Positions 39,996-48,882 of a DNA stretch of 64,000 nucleotides are shown here, piece by piece; position 1 is the first letter of the stretch, and every line of letters starts with the position of its first letter. The DNA is taken from positions 13,551 to 77,550 of the forward strand of contig NZ_JBHTMP010000017.1 of NCBI RefSeq assembly GCF_042679305.1. The letters are read 5' to 3'. The notes below the pieces were generated by a model. It was given only the letters and a program-made list of their open reading frames with translations. It was not told the DNA's origin and ran no database searches. The position numbers and the translations under genes were made by a program. This DNA is from Micromonospora sonneratiae (GTDB taxonomy: Bacteria; Actinomycetota; Actinomycetes; Mycobacteriales; Micromonosporaceae).

Positions 39996-40451
39996 GTGCC
40001 CCCATCACCGGCGACCATCGAACTGTTGACCATCGGGGAACTGTCCGCCCGGAGCGGCGTTCCGCACTCGGCCCTACGGTTCTACGAGCGGCAGGGACTC
40101 GTCCACAGCCAGCGGACCACGGGGAACCAGCGTCGCTACCACCGCAGCACGCTGCGCCGGATCGCGTTCATCCGTGCTTCGCAGAACACGGGGATACCCC
40201 TGGCGGTGATCGGTGAGGTGCTGGCGCTGTTGCCCGCCGACGTGGCTCCGACCAAGGAGTTCTGGGACCGAGCCTCGGAGTGCTGGAGCAGGGAGATCAA
40301 CGATCGCATCGCCCGGCTGGAGCGGATGCGCGACCGCTTCACCCGGTGCATCGGCTGCGGATGCCTGTCGTTCGACGAGTGTGCCCTGGTCAATCCGGGT
40401 GACCAACTCGCCGATCAGGGCCCGGGGCCGCATCGGCTGCTCGGGCCCTGA
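39996..40451 (+). CDS. soxR: Redox-sensitive MerR-family activator SoxR ([2Fe-2S])
   Basis: MerR HTH (LTIGELSARSGVPHSALRFYERQGLV) and the diagnostic C-terminal CIGCGCLSFDEC cluster-binding motif. Confidence 0.9.
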   Translation: MPPSPATIELLTIGELSARSGVPHSALRFYERQGLVHSQRTTGNQRRYHRSTLRRIAFIRASQNTGIPLAVIGEVLALLPADVAPTKEFWDRASECWSREINDRIARLERMRDRFTRCIGCGCLSFDECALVNPGDQLADQGPGPHRLLGP

Positions 40452-40461
40452 TCCCTGCCGA

Positions 40462-41664
40462 CTAGCGGGCGATGGCCCGGGAGATGACCAGGCGTTGGAT
40501 CTCCGAGGTGCCCTCGAAGATGGTGTAGATCTTGGAGTCCCGGTACCAGCGTTCGACCGGGTGCTCCCGGAGGAAGCCGGCCCCGCCGAGGATCTGGACC
40601 GCCTTCTCGGTGACCGCCACGGCCACCTCACCGGCCTTGAGCTTGGCCATCGAGCCTTCGCCGGCCAGGAACGGGCGGTTGTTCCGGCCCATCCAGGCGG
40701 CCCGCCAGACGAGCAGTCGGGCGGCGTCGATCTCCATCTTCATGTCGGACAACGCGAAGGCGATGGCCTGGTTCTCGATGATCGGCCGCCCGAACTGGAC
40801 CCGCTCCTTGGCGTACGCCAGGGCGTACTCGTACGCGGCGCGGGCGACGCCGAGCGCCTGCGCGCCGACGGTCGGGCGGGACAGTTCGAATGTCCGCATG
40901 GCGGCCTGGCTGGCGGTGCGTTGCCCGGACCGGGCCCGGTCCAGCCGTTCCTGTAGCTTCTCGGGGCCACCGAGCAGGCAGCGTCCCGGTACGCGTACGT
41001 CGTCGAGGAAGATGTCGGCGGTGTGCGAGGCGCGTAGGCCGAGTTTGGCGAGTTTCCGCGTCGAGGCGAGGCCGGGCGTGTCGGGTGGTACGACGAACGC
41101 GGCCTGCCCCCGGGAGCCGAGTGTCGGGTCGACCGCCGCGGTGACCACGTGCACGTTGGCGATACCGCCGTTGGTGGCGTACGCCTTCTGCCCGGTCAGC
41201 ACCCACTCGTCGGTGGCCGCGTCGTAGACCGCCCGGGTGCGCATGGCGGCCACGTCGGAGCCGGCTTCCGGTTCGGTGGTGCAGAACGCGGCCACGGCCG
41301 GCTCGTCGACGGTGCCGAAGCACTGCGGCACCCATTCGATCAGTTGTTCCGGCGTGCCGCTGCCGTAGATGGCGGCTACGGCCAGGGAGGTGCCGAAGAT
41401 GCTCAGGCCGATGCCGGCGTCGCCCCAGAAGAGCTCCTCGCTGGCGATCGGCAGGGACAGGCCGGTCGGGTCGGCCCAGCAGGTTGCCAGGAACTCGAAG
41501 CCGTATAGCCCGACCTTGGCCGCTTCCTGGATCACCGGCCAGGGGGTTTCCTCCCGGGCGTCCCACTCGGCGGCGGCCGGGCGCACGACCTCGCTGGCGA
41601 AGCCGTGCACCCAGTCGCGTAGATCCCGCTGTTCCTCGTTCAGATCGAGCGAGAACTCGGCCAT
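40462..41664 (-). CDS. Acyl-CoA dehydrogenase family protein
   Basis: ACAD three-domain pattern with a catalytic Glu region (IFEGTSEIQRLVISRAI) and FAD/CoA motifs. Confidence 0.9.
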   Translation of the reverse strand: MAEFSLDLNEEQRDLRDWVHGFASEVVRPAAAEWDAREETPWPVIQEAAKVGLYGFEFLATCWADPTGLSLPIASEELFWGDAGIGLSIFGTSLAVAAIYGSGTPEQLIEWVPQCFGTVDEPAVAAFCTTEPEAGSDVAAMRTRAVYDAATDEWVLTGQKAYATNGGIANVHVVTAAVDPTLGSRGQAAFVVPPDTPGLASTRKLAKLGLRASHTADIFLDDVRVPGRCLLGGPEKLQERLDRARSGQRTASQAAMRTFELSRPTVGAQALGVARAAYEYALAYAKERVQFGRPIIENQAIAFALSDMKMEIDAARLLVWRAAWMGRNNRPFLAGEGSMAKLKAGEVAVAVTEKAVQILGGAGFLREHPVERWYRDSKIYTIFEGTSEIQRLVISRAIAR

Positions 41665-41665
41665 C

Positions 41666-42118
41666 TCAGGCCTTGGGGATGTCGAACAGGTTGGCGATGT
41701 TGGCGGCCAGGCCCAGGTCACCCTTTGCCTTCAGCTTGCCGGTCATGAACATCATGACCGGGTTGGCGCCACCGGAGACGATCTTGAGGAACTCGACCGG
41801 GCCCATGGTGAGGGCCAGCTTCGGCTCGCGCTCCGGGCTGGCCGGCACGGTGCAGGTGCCGTTCTCGATGACGACCTCGTAGGTGTCGGAGCCCCCGTCG
41901 GCGCGGCCGGTGATGATCCAGTGGATGACGGCGTTGGTGGAGCCGGCCCGGTCGGCGCGGAACAGTGACGGCATCCGGCCGAAGACCTCGTCGAGGATCT
42001 TGCCGCGCAGGTCGCTCTGCATCACCTGGGCGATCTTGTCGTCCGGGGTGGATTTGACGAGCTGGGCGAACTGCTTGGGGTCGACCGAGGAGAAGTTGGC
42101 CGGGTCGAAGTCAGTCAT
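41666..42118 (-). CDS. SCP2 sterol-carrier domain protein
   Basis: C-terminal KLKAKGDLGLAANIANLF and the general SCP-2 profile. The stop abuts the ACAD start. Confidence 0.8.
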   Translation of the reverse strand: MTDFDPANFSSVDPKQFAQLVKSTPDDKIAQVMQSDLRGKILDEVFGRMPSLFRADRAGSTNAVIHWIITGRADGGSDTYEVVIENGTCTVPASPEREPKLALTMGPVEFLKIVSGGANPVMMFMTGKLKAKGDLGLAANIANLFDIPKA

Positions 42119-42190
42119 TGAAGTCGCACCTTCCGGGACAAGATTAGTTACTACAGCGTAACCCTACGGGCGAGTAGGTAAGCTGACAAG

Positions 42191-42832
42191 GTGTCCACCA
42201 CACCCACCTTCAAGCGGCTGCCGCGCGCCGTACGGGAACAACAGATGCTCGACGCGGCCGTCAAGGTGTTCTCCCGGCGTGGCTTCCATGCCGCCAGCAT
42301 GGACGAGATTGCCGAGGATGCGGGGATTTCCAAGCCGATGGTCTACGCGTACCTAGGCACCAAGGAGGAACTCTTCGTCGCCTGCCTCCACCGCGAGGGC
42401 ACCCGGATGATGGAGGCGATCGCTGGTGTGATCAATCCCGAAATGCCCGCTGACCAGCGGCTCTGGCACGGGCTGAGGGCGTTCTTCCGGTTCGTGGCGG
42501 CGCACCGCGACGGTTGGGTGGTGCTCTACCGTCAGGCCCGGGGTGAGCAGCCGTTCGCCGGCGAGTTGGCTGTGATGCGCGCCCGGATGGTCGAGGTGGT
42601 CGCCGGCATGCTCGACCGGGCACTGCGGGCGGACGGCCGCGAGGTCCGCGAGATCGATCTGGAGATCCAGGCGTACGCCCTGGTCGGCGCGAGTGAGTCG
42701 CTGGCCGACTGGCTGGCGGACCGCCCTGACGCGGACCCGGACCAGTTGGCCGCCCGGATGGTCAACATTGCCTGGCTGGGGGCCGGTCAGTTGCTGAGCG
42801 GCGAGGTGTGGCGTCGCCCCACCGAAGGCTAG
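42191..42832 (+). CDS. TetR/AcrR-family transcriptional regulator
   Basis: N-terminal HTH (FHAASMDEIAEDAGISKPMVYAYLGTKEELF). Confidence 0.85.
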   Translation: MSTTPTFKRLPRAVREQQMLDAAVKVFSRRGFHAASMDEIAEDAGISKPMVYAYLGTKEELFVACLHREGTRMMEAIAGVINPEMPADQRLWHGLRAFFRFVAAHRDGWVVLYRQARGEQPFAGELAVMRARMVEVVAGMLDRALRADGREVREIDLEIQAYALVGASESLADWLADRPDADPDQLAARMVNIAWLGAGQLLSGEVWRRPTEG

Positions 42833-43053
42833 GCCGGGGTGGTGCGTCGCCGGCTGCGCCACTTCGCGGCGTACGGCAGCGCGAACAGGTACAGGCCGGA
42901 GAACAGGAGCAGGGCGAGCGGGAGCAGCGGCAGGTAGGACATCCAGAGGGCGGGCTCCTTCTGGGCCAGGGCGACGAACGCGATGACGACGGTCACCGTG
43001 AAGGTGATGGAGAGCCAGCGGTGGATTTGCCGTACCCACTTGTTCCAGTTCAA
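42829..43053 (-). CDS. Small two-TM membrane protein (74 aa)
   Basis: Compact ORF with two clear TM helices. It is convergent with, and overlaps by 4 nt, the TetR stop. Confidence 0.4.
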   Translation of the reverse strand: MNWNKWVRQIHRWLSITFTVTVVIAFVALAQKEPALWMSYLPLLPLALLLFSGLYLFALPYAAKWRSRRRTTPA

Positions 43054-43264
43054 TGGGACCTCCTCGTCAGTGAGAAACCCCGACCCGCAGCGACCTGTCG
43101 GGTGGGATGTCGATGACGGTCACGCTAGCTGCGGTCCGATGACCGGTGCTTCTCGATTCCTGATCGGTCTGGTCGGCCGATCTGCCTTGCGTGGCGACGT
43201 CTCGGCAGCGTGCTGGCGGTGACGTGCCGCCTGGTGCGATCCCGGCCCTGCCGGCCCGTCGACT

Positions 43265-44575
43265 TCACCGGGACTGGCTGACCGGCACCGTCCCGAGCGG
43301 CACCGTCCCGACCGGCACCGGCGAGTCGGCCGGGGCCGGGTCCAGCAGTGGCCCTCTCACCGACTTGTCCTCGGCCGTGGGGCCGTGGGAGGTGAGCACC
43401 ACCGGGCAGGCCAGCTCGTCCTCGACCGTGGCGACCCAGTCGCGGGGTGGTTCGTCGTACCCGGGTCGGGAGCGCAGCAGTCGACCGGTCAGCGCGGCCT
43501 GCCGGTCCAGGTCCCCGACCGGACCCGGTGCGAGCCGGTCCGTCCAGTCGTAGCGGCGACAGATCCGTAGCTGCGGACCGGCCAGGTCCAGGTGCGTCAG
43601 CGCCAGTCCGTCCACACCGCCGGCCACCTCCAGCGCGTACCGGTGGGCCACCGCGTCGAAGTGCCCGAACCGGAACCGGCCCTGCCACGGGTTGGTCGGG
43701 TTGCGCGGGTCGGCGAACGGCAGGGTCGGGTCCTCGGTCACCAGTGGCCCGGGACCGTGCCGGGTGGTGGCGGTACGCAGCACGCCGAGTCGGGTCGCCG
43801 TACCCGACATGCCGGCCTCCGCCAGCAGCCGCTCGGCGTTGGTGAACGTCGTCGTGCTCCACGTGGTGTACGGGTGGAAGCCGTGCCACTCGTCCAGCAG
43901 CACGCCCTGGGCGCCCTCGAAGACACAGGTCCCGGACCGCAGCAGCGTCGTCAGGTGATTGCCATCCACTATGGACACGCGCTCGGCGAAGGCGGTGAAG
44001 GCGGTGACACAGTCGTCCACCGGTGGGGCGTCCAGCGGGCCGAGTTCGGCGGTGAGCCGGTCACGCAGCGCGGCCAGCCGCTGGCGCAGCACGGCAGGCG
44101 TGACGCAGTCGCCCACCCGGGGTGCCTCGCCGGGGTACGCGAGGTCGTACGCCATCGTCTCGCCCACCCCCATGCCGCAGGAGCCGTGCCGGTCGGCTCC
44201 CCGGGCGACCTCGCGGGCCCGGTTCGCGGCCCGGTGGTACGGCGTGGTCAGCAGCGCCGCCCCGTCCACGGTGAGCCGGTCGAGCGCGTCCGGCACCCCG
44301 ACGGCGGCGAGGTGGTCGGCCTCGACGGCCAGCGCCAGCGGGTCGACCACCATGAACCGGGACAGGTGGGTTCGCACACCGGGTCGGAACGTGCCCGCTC
44401 CGAACTGCGCGAAGGTGTGCCAGCGGCCGTCGGGCAGGACGACGTTGTGCGCCGCCTGCCCGCCCCCGTTGAAGCGGACCACCGCGTGGACCGGCCGTGT
44501 CGCACACAGCCAGTCCACGACGGTGCCCTTGCCGGCGTCCCCGTACCCGAGGTCGACCACGATCACATGGCTCAC
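43265..44575 (-). CDS. Divergent adenylosuccinate-synthetase-like (PurA-family) enzyme, not the housekeeping purA
   Basis: P-loop GYGDAGKGT (compare QWGDEGKGK), AAHN (compare AGHT), FEGAQGVLLDEWHGFHPYTTWS and THLDLAG are conserved. The IMP/aspartate-binding motifs ([17 protein letters not shown]) are replaced. ATGA overlap with the VWA gene. Confidence 0.75.
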   Translation of the reverse strand: MSHVIVVDLGYGDAGKGTVVDWLCATRPVHAVVRFNGGGQAAHNVVLPDGRWHTFAQFGAGTFRPGVRTHLSRFMVVDPLALAVEADHLAAVGVPDALDRLTVDGAALLTTPYHRAANRAREVARGADRHGSCGMGVGETMAYDLAYPGEAPRVGDCVTPAVLRQRLAALRDRLTAELGPLDAPPVDDCVTAFTAFAERVSIVDGNHLTTLLRSGTCVFEGAQGVLLDEWHGFHPYTTWSTTTFTNAERLLAEAGMSGTATRLGVLRTATTRHGPGPLVTEDPTLPFADPRNPTNPWQGRFRFGHFDAVAHRYALEVAGGVDGLALTHLDLAGPQLRICRRYDWTDRLAPGPVGDLDRQAALTGRLLRSRPGYDEPPRDWVATVEDELACPVVLTSHGPTAEDKSVRGPLLDPAPADSPVPVGTVPLGTVPVSQSR

Positions 44576-45534
44576 AGCCGGGTGATCCGATCCGCGTCGG
44601 CCCGGACGGCGGGCAGCGGTGACACCGTGGTCGCCCGCCGGTTGGTACCCACCCGGGCGAGTGCCTTCGACACCGTCCTGGTGGTGGCCGAGCCCGCCTC
44701 GTCGAGGTCGTGCAGGCCGGTGTCGAGGTCGACGGCACCCTCGGCGAGGCCGATGGTGAGCGCGATCGTCTCGCAGACCGCGTTCAGGTCGTCCAGTTCG
44801 AGGACGTTCTGACCGAGCAGGTCCCGCCAGAAGTCCAGCACCCGCGCGTCCCCGGCGTACCCGGTTCCGGCCGGCAGCAGGTAGTAGGTGTCGTACCTAC
44901 GGGTCACCTCGTGGATCAGGTGGGCCAGCGGAACGGCCTCGGTCAACTCGTCGCCGATCAGCCTGCTCACCTCGCGCGGCTTGACCTCCGGGTAGGCCAG
45001 TTCGTCGCCGATGATGAACAGGTAGCCGCGGTGTCCCCGCCGCTCGAAACAGTCGATCGAGGTGTGCCGGGCCATGAAGTACAGGGCCAGCTCGTACGAC
45101 TCGGTCATCTGCCCGCCGCCGCCGCCCTCCAGCACGATCCGGCCGAGGTCGTCGTCCATCCGGTTGTCGGACTCGAACTGCCCGACCTGGAGCGGTACCC
45201 GGTCGCAGGTGGCGTCGCCGATCGCGCCGAACATGATCTGCGGATCGCGGGCGTACCCCTTGCGTTGCAGCAGGCCGAGCAGTTGCGGGAGCTTGGTCTG
45301 GAGCACCCGGGGTATGCGACGCATCGAGCCGGTGACGTCGAAGAGGACGGCGATCGCCAACGACTCGGGGTGTTCGGCCGAGTCACGGCTCTCCCGTGCC
45401 GCGCCGGACGGGTCGAGCGCCGGGTGGACCGTACGCGCCCCGCTGTCGCTGTAGGCGAAGGCGCTGGTGCCGGTCGACCGCCGATAGCGGTCGGCCGCGT
45501 CGTACACGTCGGTGGACCAGGTTCCACTACCCAT
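44572..45534 (-). CDS. von Willebrand factor A (VWA) domain protein
   Basis: MIDAS DxSxS motif (DVTGSM) with a downstream T and D (IIGDELAYP), in the VWA fold order. Confidence 0.7.
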   Translation of the reverse strand: MGSGTWSTDVYDAADRYRRSTGTSAFAYSDSGARTVHPALDPSGAARESRDSAEHPESLAIAVLFDVTGSMRRIPRVLQTKLPQLLGLLQRKGYARDPQIMFGAIGDATCDRVPLQVGQFESDNRMDDDLGRIVLEGGGGGQMTESYELALYFMARHTSIDCFERRGHRGYLFIIGDELAYPEVKPREVSRLIGDELTEAVPLAHLIHEVTRRYDTYYLLPAGTGYAGDARVLDFWRDLLGQNVLELDDLNAVCETIALTIGLAEGAVDLDTGLHDLDEAGSATTRTVSKALARVGTNRRATTVSPLPAVRADADRITRL

Positions 45535-45583
45535 GTCAGCCTCCAGGTCGGGTTGGGAAGGATCGAATCCAGCGGACTCGAAG

Positions 45584-46573
45584 TCAGTGGGACGAGTCGG
45601 TGGTCAGGGAGAAGGGACGGAAGACGCGCGGTCCGTACAGGCGCTCGAGCACGTCGTCCAGCTCGCCGAGCAGCCGCCAGGCGTCGTCGGGTCGGGCGCG
45701 CAGCGCCCGTTGGGTGCAGCCGTCGGCGAAGGCCCGCAGCGCCCGAGGGATGCGGTCGCCCATCAGGTACGTCATGCAGCGCGTCGCCATGGCGATGTCG
45801 GTGCCCGGACCGGGCCGGTGTCGCGCCGGCACCTCGGGCGGGTACCAGTCGGCGTACGCCGGTACCAGCGCCGGGACGGTGTCCTCGCCGATCACCGAGT
45901 AGCACCAGTCGACGAGCACCACACCGTGCTCGGTGGGCTCGATGAGTACGTGGTCGGGCAGCACCGCGCCGTGCACCACGCCGGCCCGGTGAGCGAGACC
46001 GAGCGCGACCAGCAGCCGCCGCCACATCCAGGCCGCGTCCCGGGGGTCGAGTCCGTTCGGGTAGGCCCGGTGGACCTCGGCGAGGCTGTGCAGGTCGGGC
46101 GCGGTGGCGACCACGTTGATCACGCGTCGGGCGGCGGTCGCCGGGTCCCGGTGCCGGAACGTCTCGACCAGCCGGGGCACGTACGGCAGATAGCGGGGGT
46201 CGCCCCGCTCGGCCAGCGTGCGCAGGGCGGTGGCCTCGCGTTCCATCAGGTCGTTGTTGGTCGGGTCGCGGGGGAGTTTGAGCCAGCGGCCCGACCCGAC
46301 GTCGTACAGGTCGGTCAGGTCGCCGACGTGTACGACGGCACCGAGGCGGTACGTCCCGACGATGGTGACCGCGTGCCGGGCCCGCCAGCGGGTGGTGACC
46401 CGGATGAACGCTTCGGTGGCGGCGGCCCGGTCGGCTGCGGTGGCGGTGCCGAGCCGATCCGGGTGCAGGGCGGTGACCAGCCGGCGGTACTGGCGGTCCG
46501 GCGCGACGCCGCCGAACAGTTCCTCGTCGGTGCGGGCCGTCGTGACGTGGCGTAGCGCCTCGACGAGGTTCAC
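45584..46573 (-). CDS. J-domain (HPD) N-terminus fused to a protein-kinase-like domain, possibly catalytically degenerate
   Basis: YRRLVTALHPDR is the J-domain HPD signature. Downstream, HGAVLPDHVLI is catalytic-loop-like and VDWCYS is DFG-like. The GTG start at 46573 overlaps the NUDIX stop (GTGA). The longer upstream ORF was rejected. Confidence 0.6.
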   Translation of the reverse strand: MNLVEALRHVTTARTDEELFGGVAPDRQYRRLVTALHPDRLGTATAADRAAATEAFIRVTTRWRARHAVTIVGTYRLGAVVHVGDLTDLYDVGSGRWLKLPRDPTNNDLMEREATALRTLAERGDPRYLPYVPRLVETFRHRDPATAARRVINVVATAPDLHSLAEVHRAYPNGLDPRDAAWMWRRLLVALGLAHRAGVVHGAVLPDHVLIEPTEHGVVLVDWCYSVIGEDTVPALVPAYADWYPPEVPARHRPGPGTDIAMATRCMTYLMGDRIPRALRAFADGCTQRALRARPDDAWRLLGELDDVLERLYGPRVFRPFSLTTDSSH

Positions 46574-47322
46574 CGGATCGTCTCCTCCCGCGCCGGGCGC
46601 AGCAGCGCCGGATGCAGGAGTCGGGCGTCGCCGGCCCGGTAGAGCCGGGCCCGGGGGCCGCCGCGCGCCCCACCGCGTTCGGTGGTCACGCCGGTGCTCT
46701 CCACGAAGCCGGGCACCGAGAGCACCTTCCGGTGGAAGTTGCCGGCGTGCAGCGCATGCCCCCACACCGTCTCGTAGACGGCCCGCAGCTCACCGATGGT
46801 GAACTCGTCACCGAGGAAACGGGTGGCCAACGGGGTGTACTCCAGCTTGGACCGGGCCCGCTCCAGGCCGTCGGCGACGATTCGCTCATGGTCGAAGGCG
46901 AGTTGCCGGGTGGGCAGGTCGGCCACGGGTAGCCAGGCCGCGTCCTCGGCGTCGGTGCCGGCGGCGGGATCGGGCAGGTCGGGTGCGAACGCGAGATGGG
47001 CGACCGACACCACCCGCATCCGTGGGTCGCGGTCAGGTGCGCTGTAACTGGCCAACTGCTCCAGGTGTACGCGTCGCAGCCGCTCGCCGCCGAGCCCGGT
47101 CTCCTCGGCCAACTCGCGCCGTGCGCAGGCGGCCAGGTCCTCGTCCGGCCGTACGAAGCCGCCGGGCAGCGCCCAGAAACCCGAGTACGGCGGTTCGGCG
47201 CGACGGATCAGTAGCAGGTGCAGCGCGTCGTCACGGATGGTCAGCGCGACCACGTCGGCGGTCACCGCGACCGGGGGAAACGCCTGTGGGTCGTACGCGG
47301 CGAGGAAGTCCTCTTCGGTCAC
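46570..47322 (-). CDS. NUDIX hydrolase fused to an NrtR-like C-terminal winged-helix domain
   Basis: Nudix box GGFVRPDEDLAACARRELAEETGL with a C-terminal wHTH-like domain (FTIGELRAVYETVWGHALHAGNFHRKV), as in Nudix-related transcriptional regulators. Confidence 0.75.
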   Translation of the reverse strand: MTEEDFLAAYDPQAFPPVAVTADVVALTIRDDALHLLLIRRAEPPYSGFWALPGGFVRPDEDLAACARRELAEETGLGGERLRRVHLEQLASYSAPDRDPRMRVVSVAHLAFAPDLPDPAAGTDAEDAAWLPVADLPTRQLAFDHERIVADGLERARSKLEYTPLATRFLGDEFTIGELRAVYETVWGHALHAGNFHRKVLSVPGFVESTGVTTERGGARGGPRARLYRAGDARLLHPALLRPAREETIR

Positions 47323-47406
47323 AGCGCCAGTTCTCCTCGTTCTGAGAAAATCTCAAGAAGAGAATAACTGGTGATCGTTTCGGCCACCAGTCCCCGGTAC
47401 GGTCGA

Positions 47407-47961
47407 CTACCTCGTGAACGGAGACCTCGGAAGCTGCGGCAGGGGTGGCCGATCACCCGCCTCGTCGATGACGGTGATCTGCCACCGGACGACCGGGGCT
47501 GCCAGCATCCGGCCGGCGTACCAGCCGAGGGTGCCGGCGGCGATGAGGATCGCCCCGGAGAGGTAGTAGACGGTCAGGTCGCCGAGGTCGACGGTATGGG
47601 CGACCCGGTTCAAGATGATCAGCAGCCCATCCCGATCCAGACAGTGCGGACCGCGGACCTCATACCGTCCGAAGTGTGTCAATGCAACCCCCAGGCTGGC
47701 ACCGGTGCCAGCCTGGGGAAACGCATCCTCAGCGAGGCAGTGGTTCGAGCGCCTCGCCGGCCGACTCTGCTCGCCAGCCGCCAGGGGCCCGTGCCCCGGC
47801 ACGAGGATGTCGAACACCTCGGACCGCATGCGTGAGCAGACCGAGGGCGGCGCATCCGGGTCGACGGTGCCGCTCCGCCAGCCCTGCCACATTCCGAAGG
47901 CCGCGACGATCAGGGCACCGGCGGTCAGCACGGCCAGCCGGGTCCTGCTCTCCGTTCCCAT
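47407..47961 (-). CDS. Hypothetical membrane protein
   Basis: N-terminal and C-terminal TM helices, no motif. Confidence 0.45.
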   Translation of the reverse strand: MGTESRTRLAVLTAGALIVAAFGMWQGWRSGTVDPDAPPSVCSRMRSEVFDILVPGHGPLAAGEQSRPARRSNHCLAEDAFPQAGTGASLGVALTHFGRYEVRGPHCLDRDGLLIILNRVAHTVDLGDLTVYYLSGAILIAAGTLGWYAGRMLAAPVVRWQITVIDEAGDRPPLPQLPRSPFTR

Positions 47962-48006
47962 GTCGCCAGTGTCGGAGAGGAAGGCAAGTGTCGATGGAGG
48001 GCCGGA

Positions 48007-48882
48007 TCACTCCGTCACTGGCAGGTCGTCCTGACGGATCGAGCCGATCAGGTGCGGTTTGCCGGAGGTCTCGTCGTACAGGGTGAAGTCGCGGTCGGCC
48101 GTCGTGCTGAACGCGACCGTGCCGGGCAACGTGATCGGCGTCTTGAACGACACGTCGACCGTGTACGCGTCGGGCAGCCGGCCGGCGAACGCCGCCAGGC
48201 ACCGGGCCTTGCTCCACATGCCGTGCGCGATCGGGCGCGGGAAACCGAACATCCGGGCTCCCAGCCGGGAGGTGTGGATCGGGTTGTGGTCGCCGGAGAC
48301 CCGGGCGTAGTCCGTACCCACCCGGCGATCCACCTGCCACCGGGCGGTAGCCGCCGGCGGTGCCGGTCGGTCCGCCGCCGCTGGCCGCTGGCCGTCCGTC
48401 GTCCGCTGCTCCCGGCTCAGGTACGTCGACACGCCCAGCCAGGCCACCACCCCGTCGATCGCTGCCGTGGCCACGACGTCGAACTGCTGTCCCCGGTCGT
48501 GCGGGCGCAGGTCGACGGCGCGTACCGACAGGTCGACGGGTTGTCCGGCGTCGATCGGCCAGTCCAGACTGATCCGGTTGGCCACATGGACCAGGCCGAC
48601 CAGCGGGACGGGGAAGTCCGGCGCGGACATCAGTTGCAGGGCGAGGGGAAACGCCATCACGTGCAGGTACGTGGCCGGCAGCGTGTCGGTCAGCCGGAAA
48701 CCACACACCCGGTCGTACGCGGCCAACCGGTCCCGGTCGACGGTGACGTTCCGGAGCAGGAGTTCGGAGTCGGGCAGGGTTTCGGGCCGGGGTGCCCGAC
48801 CCGGCCAGGGGAGCAGCCCGACGGCCGCCCGACGGTGGAACGGCCCGGTTGCCGGCATTCTGGTCAGTTCGACAGTGGACAT
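48007..48882 (-). CDS. MaoC-family (R)-specific enoyl-CoA hydratase/dehydratase, double hot-dog (HtdX-like)
   Basis: The MaoC motif VSGDHNPIHTS is in the C-terminal hot-dog. The gene sits next to a FabG4-like gene, as in mycobacterial Rv0241c-Rv0242c. Confidence 0.8.
   Translation of the reverse strand: MSTVELTRMPATGPFHRRAAVGLLPWPGRAPRPETLPDSELLLRNVTVDRDRLAAYDRVCGFRLTDTLPATYLHVMAFPLALQLMSAPDFPVPLVGLVHVANRISLDWPIDAGQPVDLSVRAVDLRPHDRGQQFDVVATAAIDGVVAWLGVSTYLSREQRTTDGQRPAAADRPAPPAATARWQVDRRVGTDYARVSGDHNPIHTSRLGARMFGFPRPIAHGMWSKARCLAAFAGRLPDAYTVDVSFKTPITLPGTVAFSTTADRDFTLYDETSGKPHLIGSIRQDDLPVTE

Noticed and set aside
43265-44575. Possibility that the PurA-like gene is simply a second housekeeping purA
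   Set aside because: The IMP- and aspartate-binding motifs ([17 protein letters not shown]) are not conserved, and a canonical purA is present at 25011..26300. The gene's operon context is also non-metabolic.
45105-46765. 522-aa ORF 45105..46673 and the long N-terminal extension of ORF 45584..46765
   Set aside because: The extension overlaps the NUDIX gene by about 200 nt and is low-complexity. The GTG start at 46573 with GTGA coupling gives a clean J-domain N-terminus.
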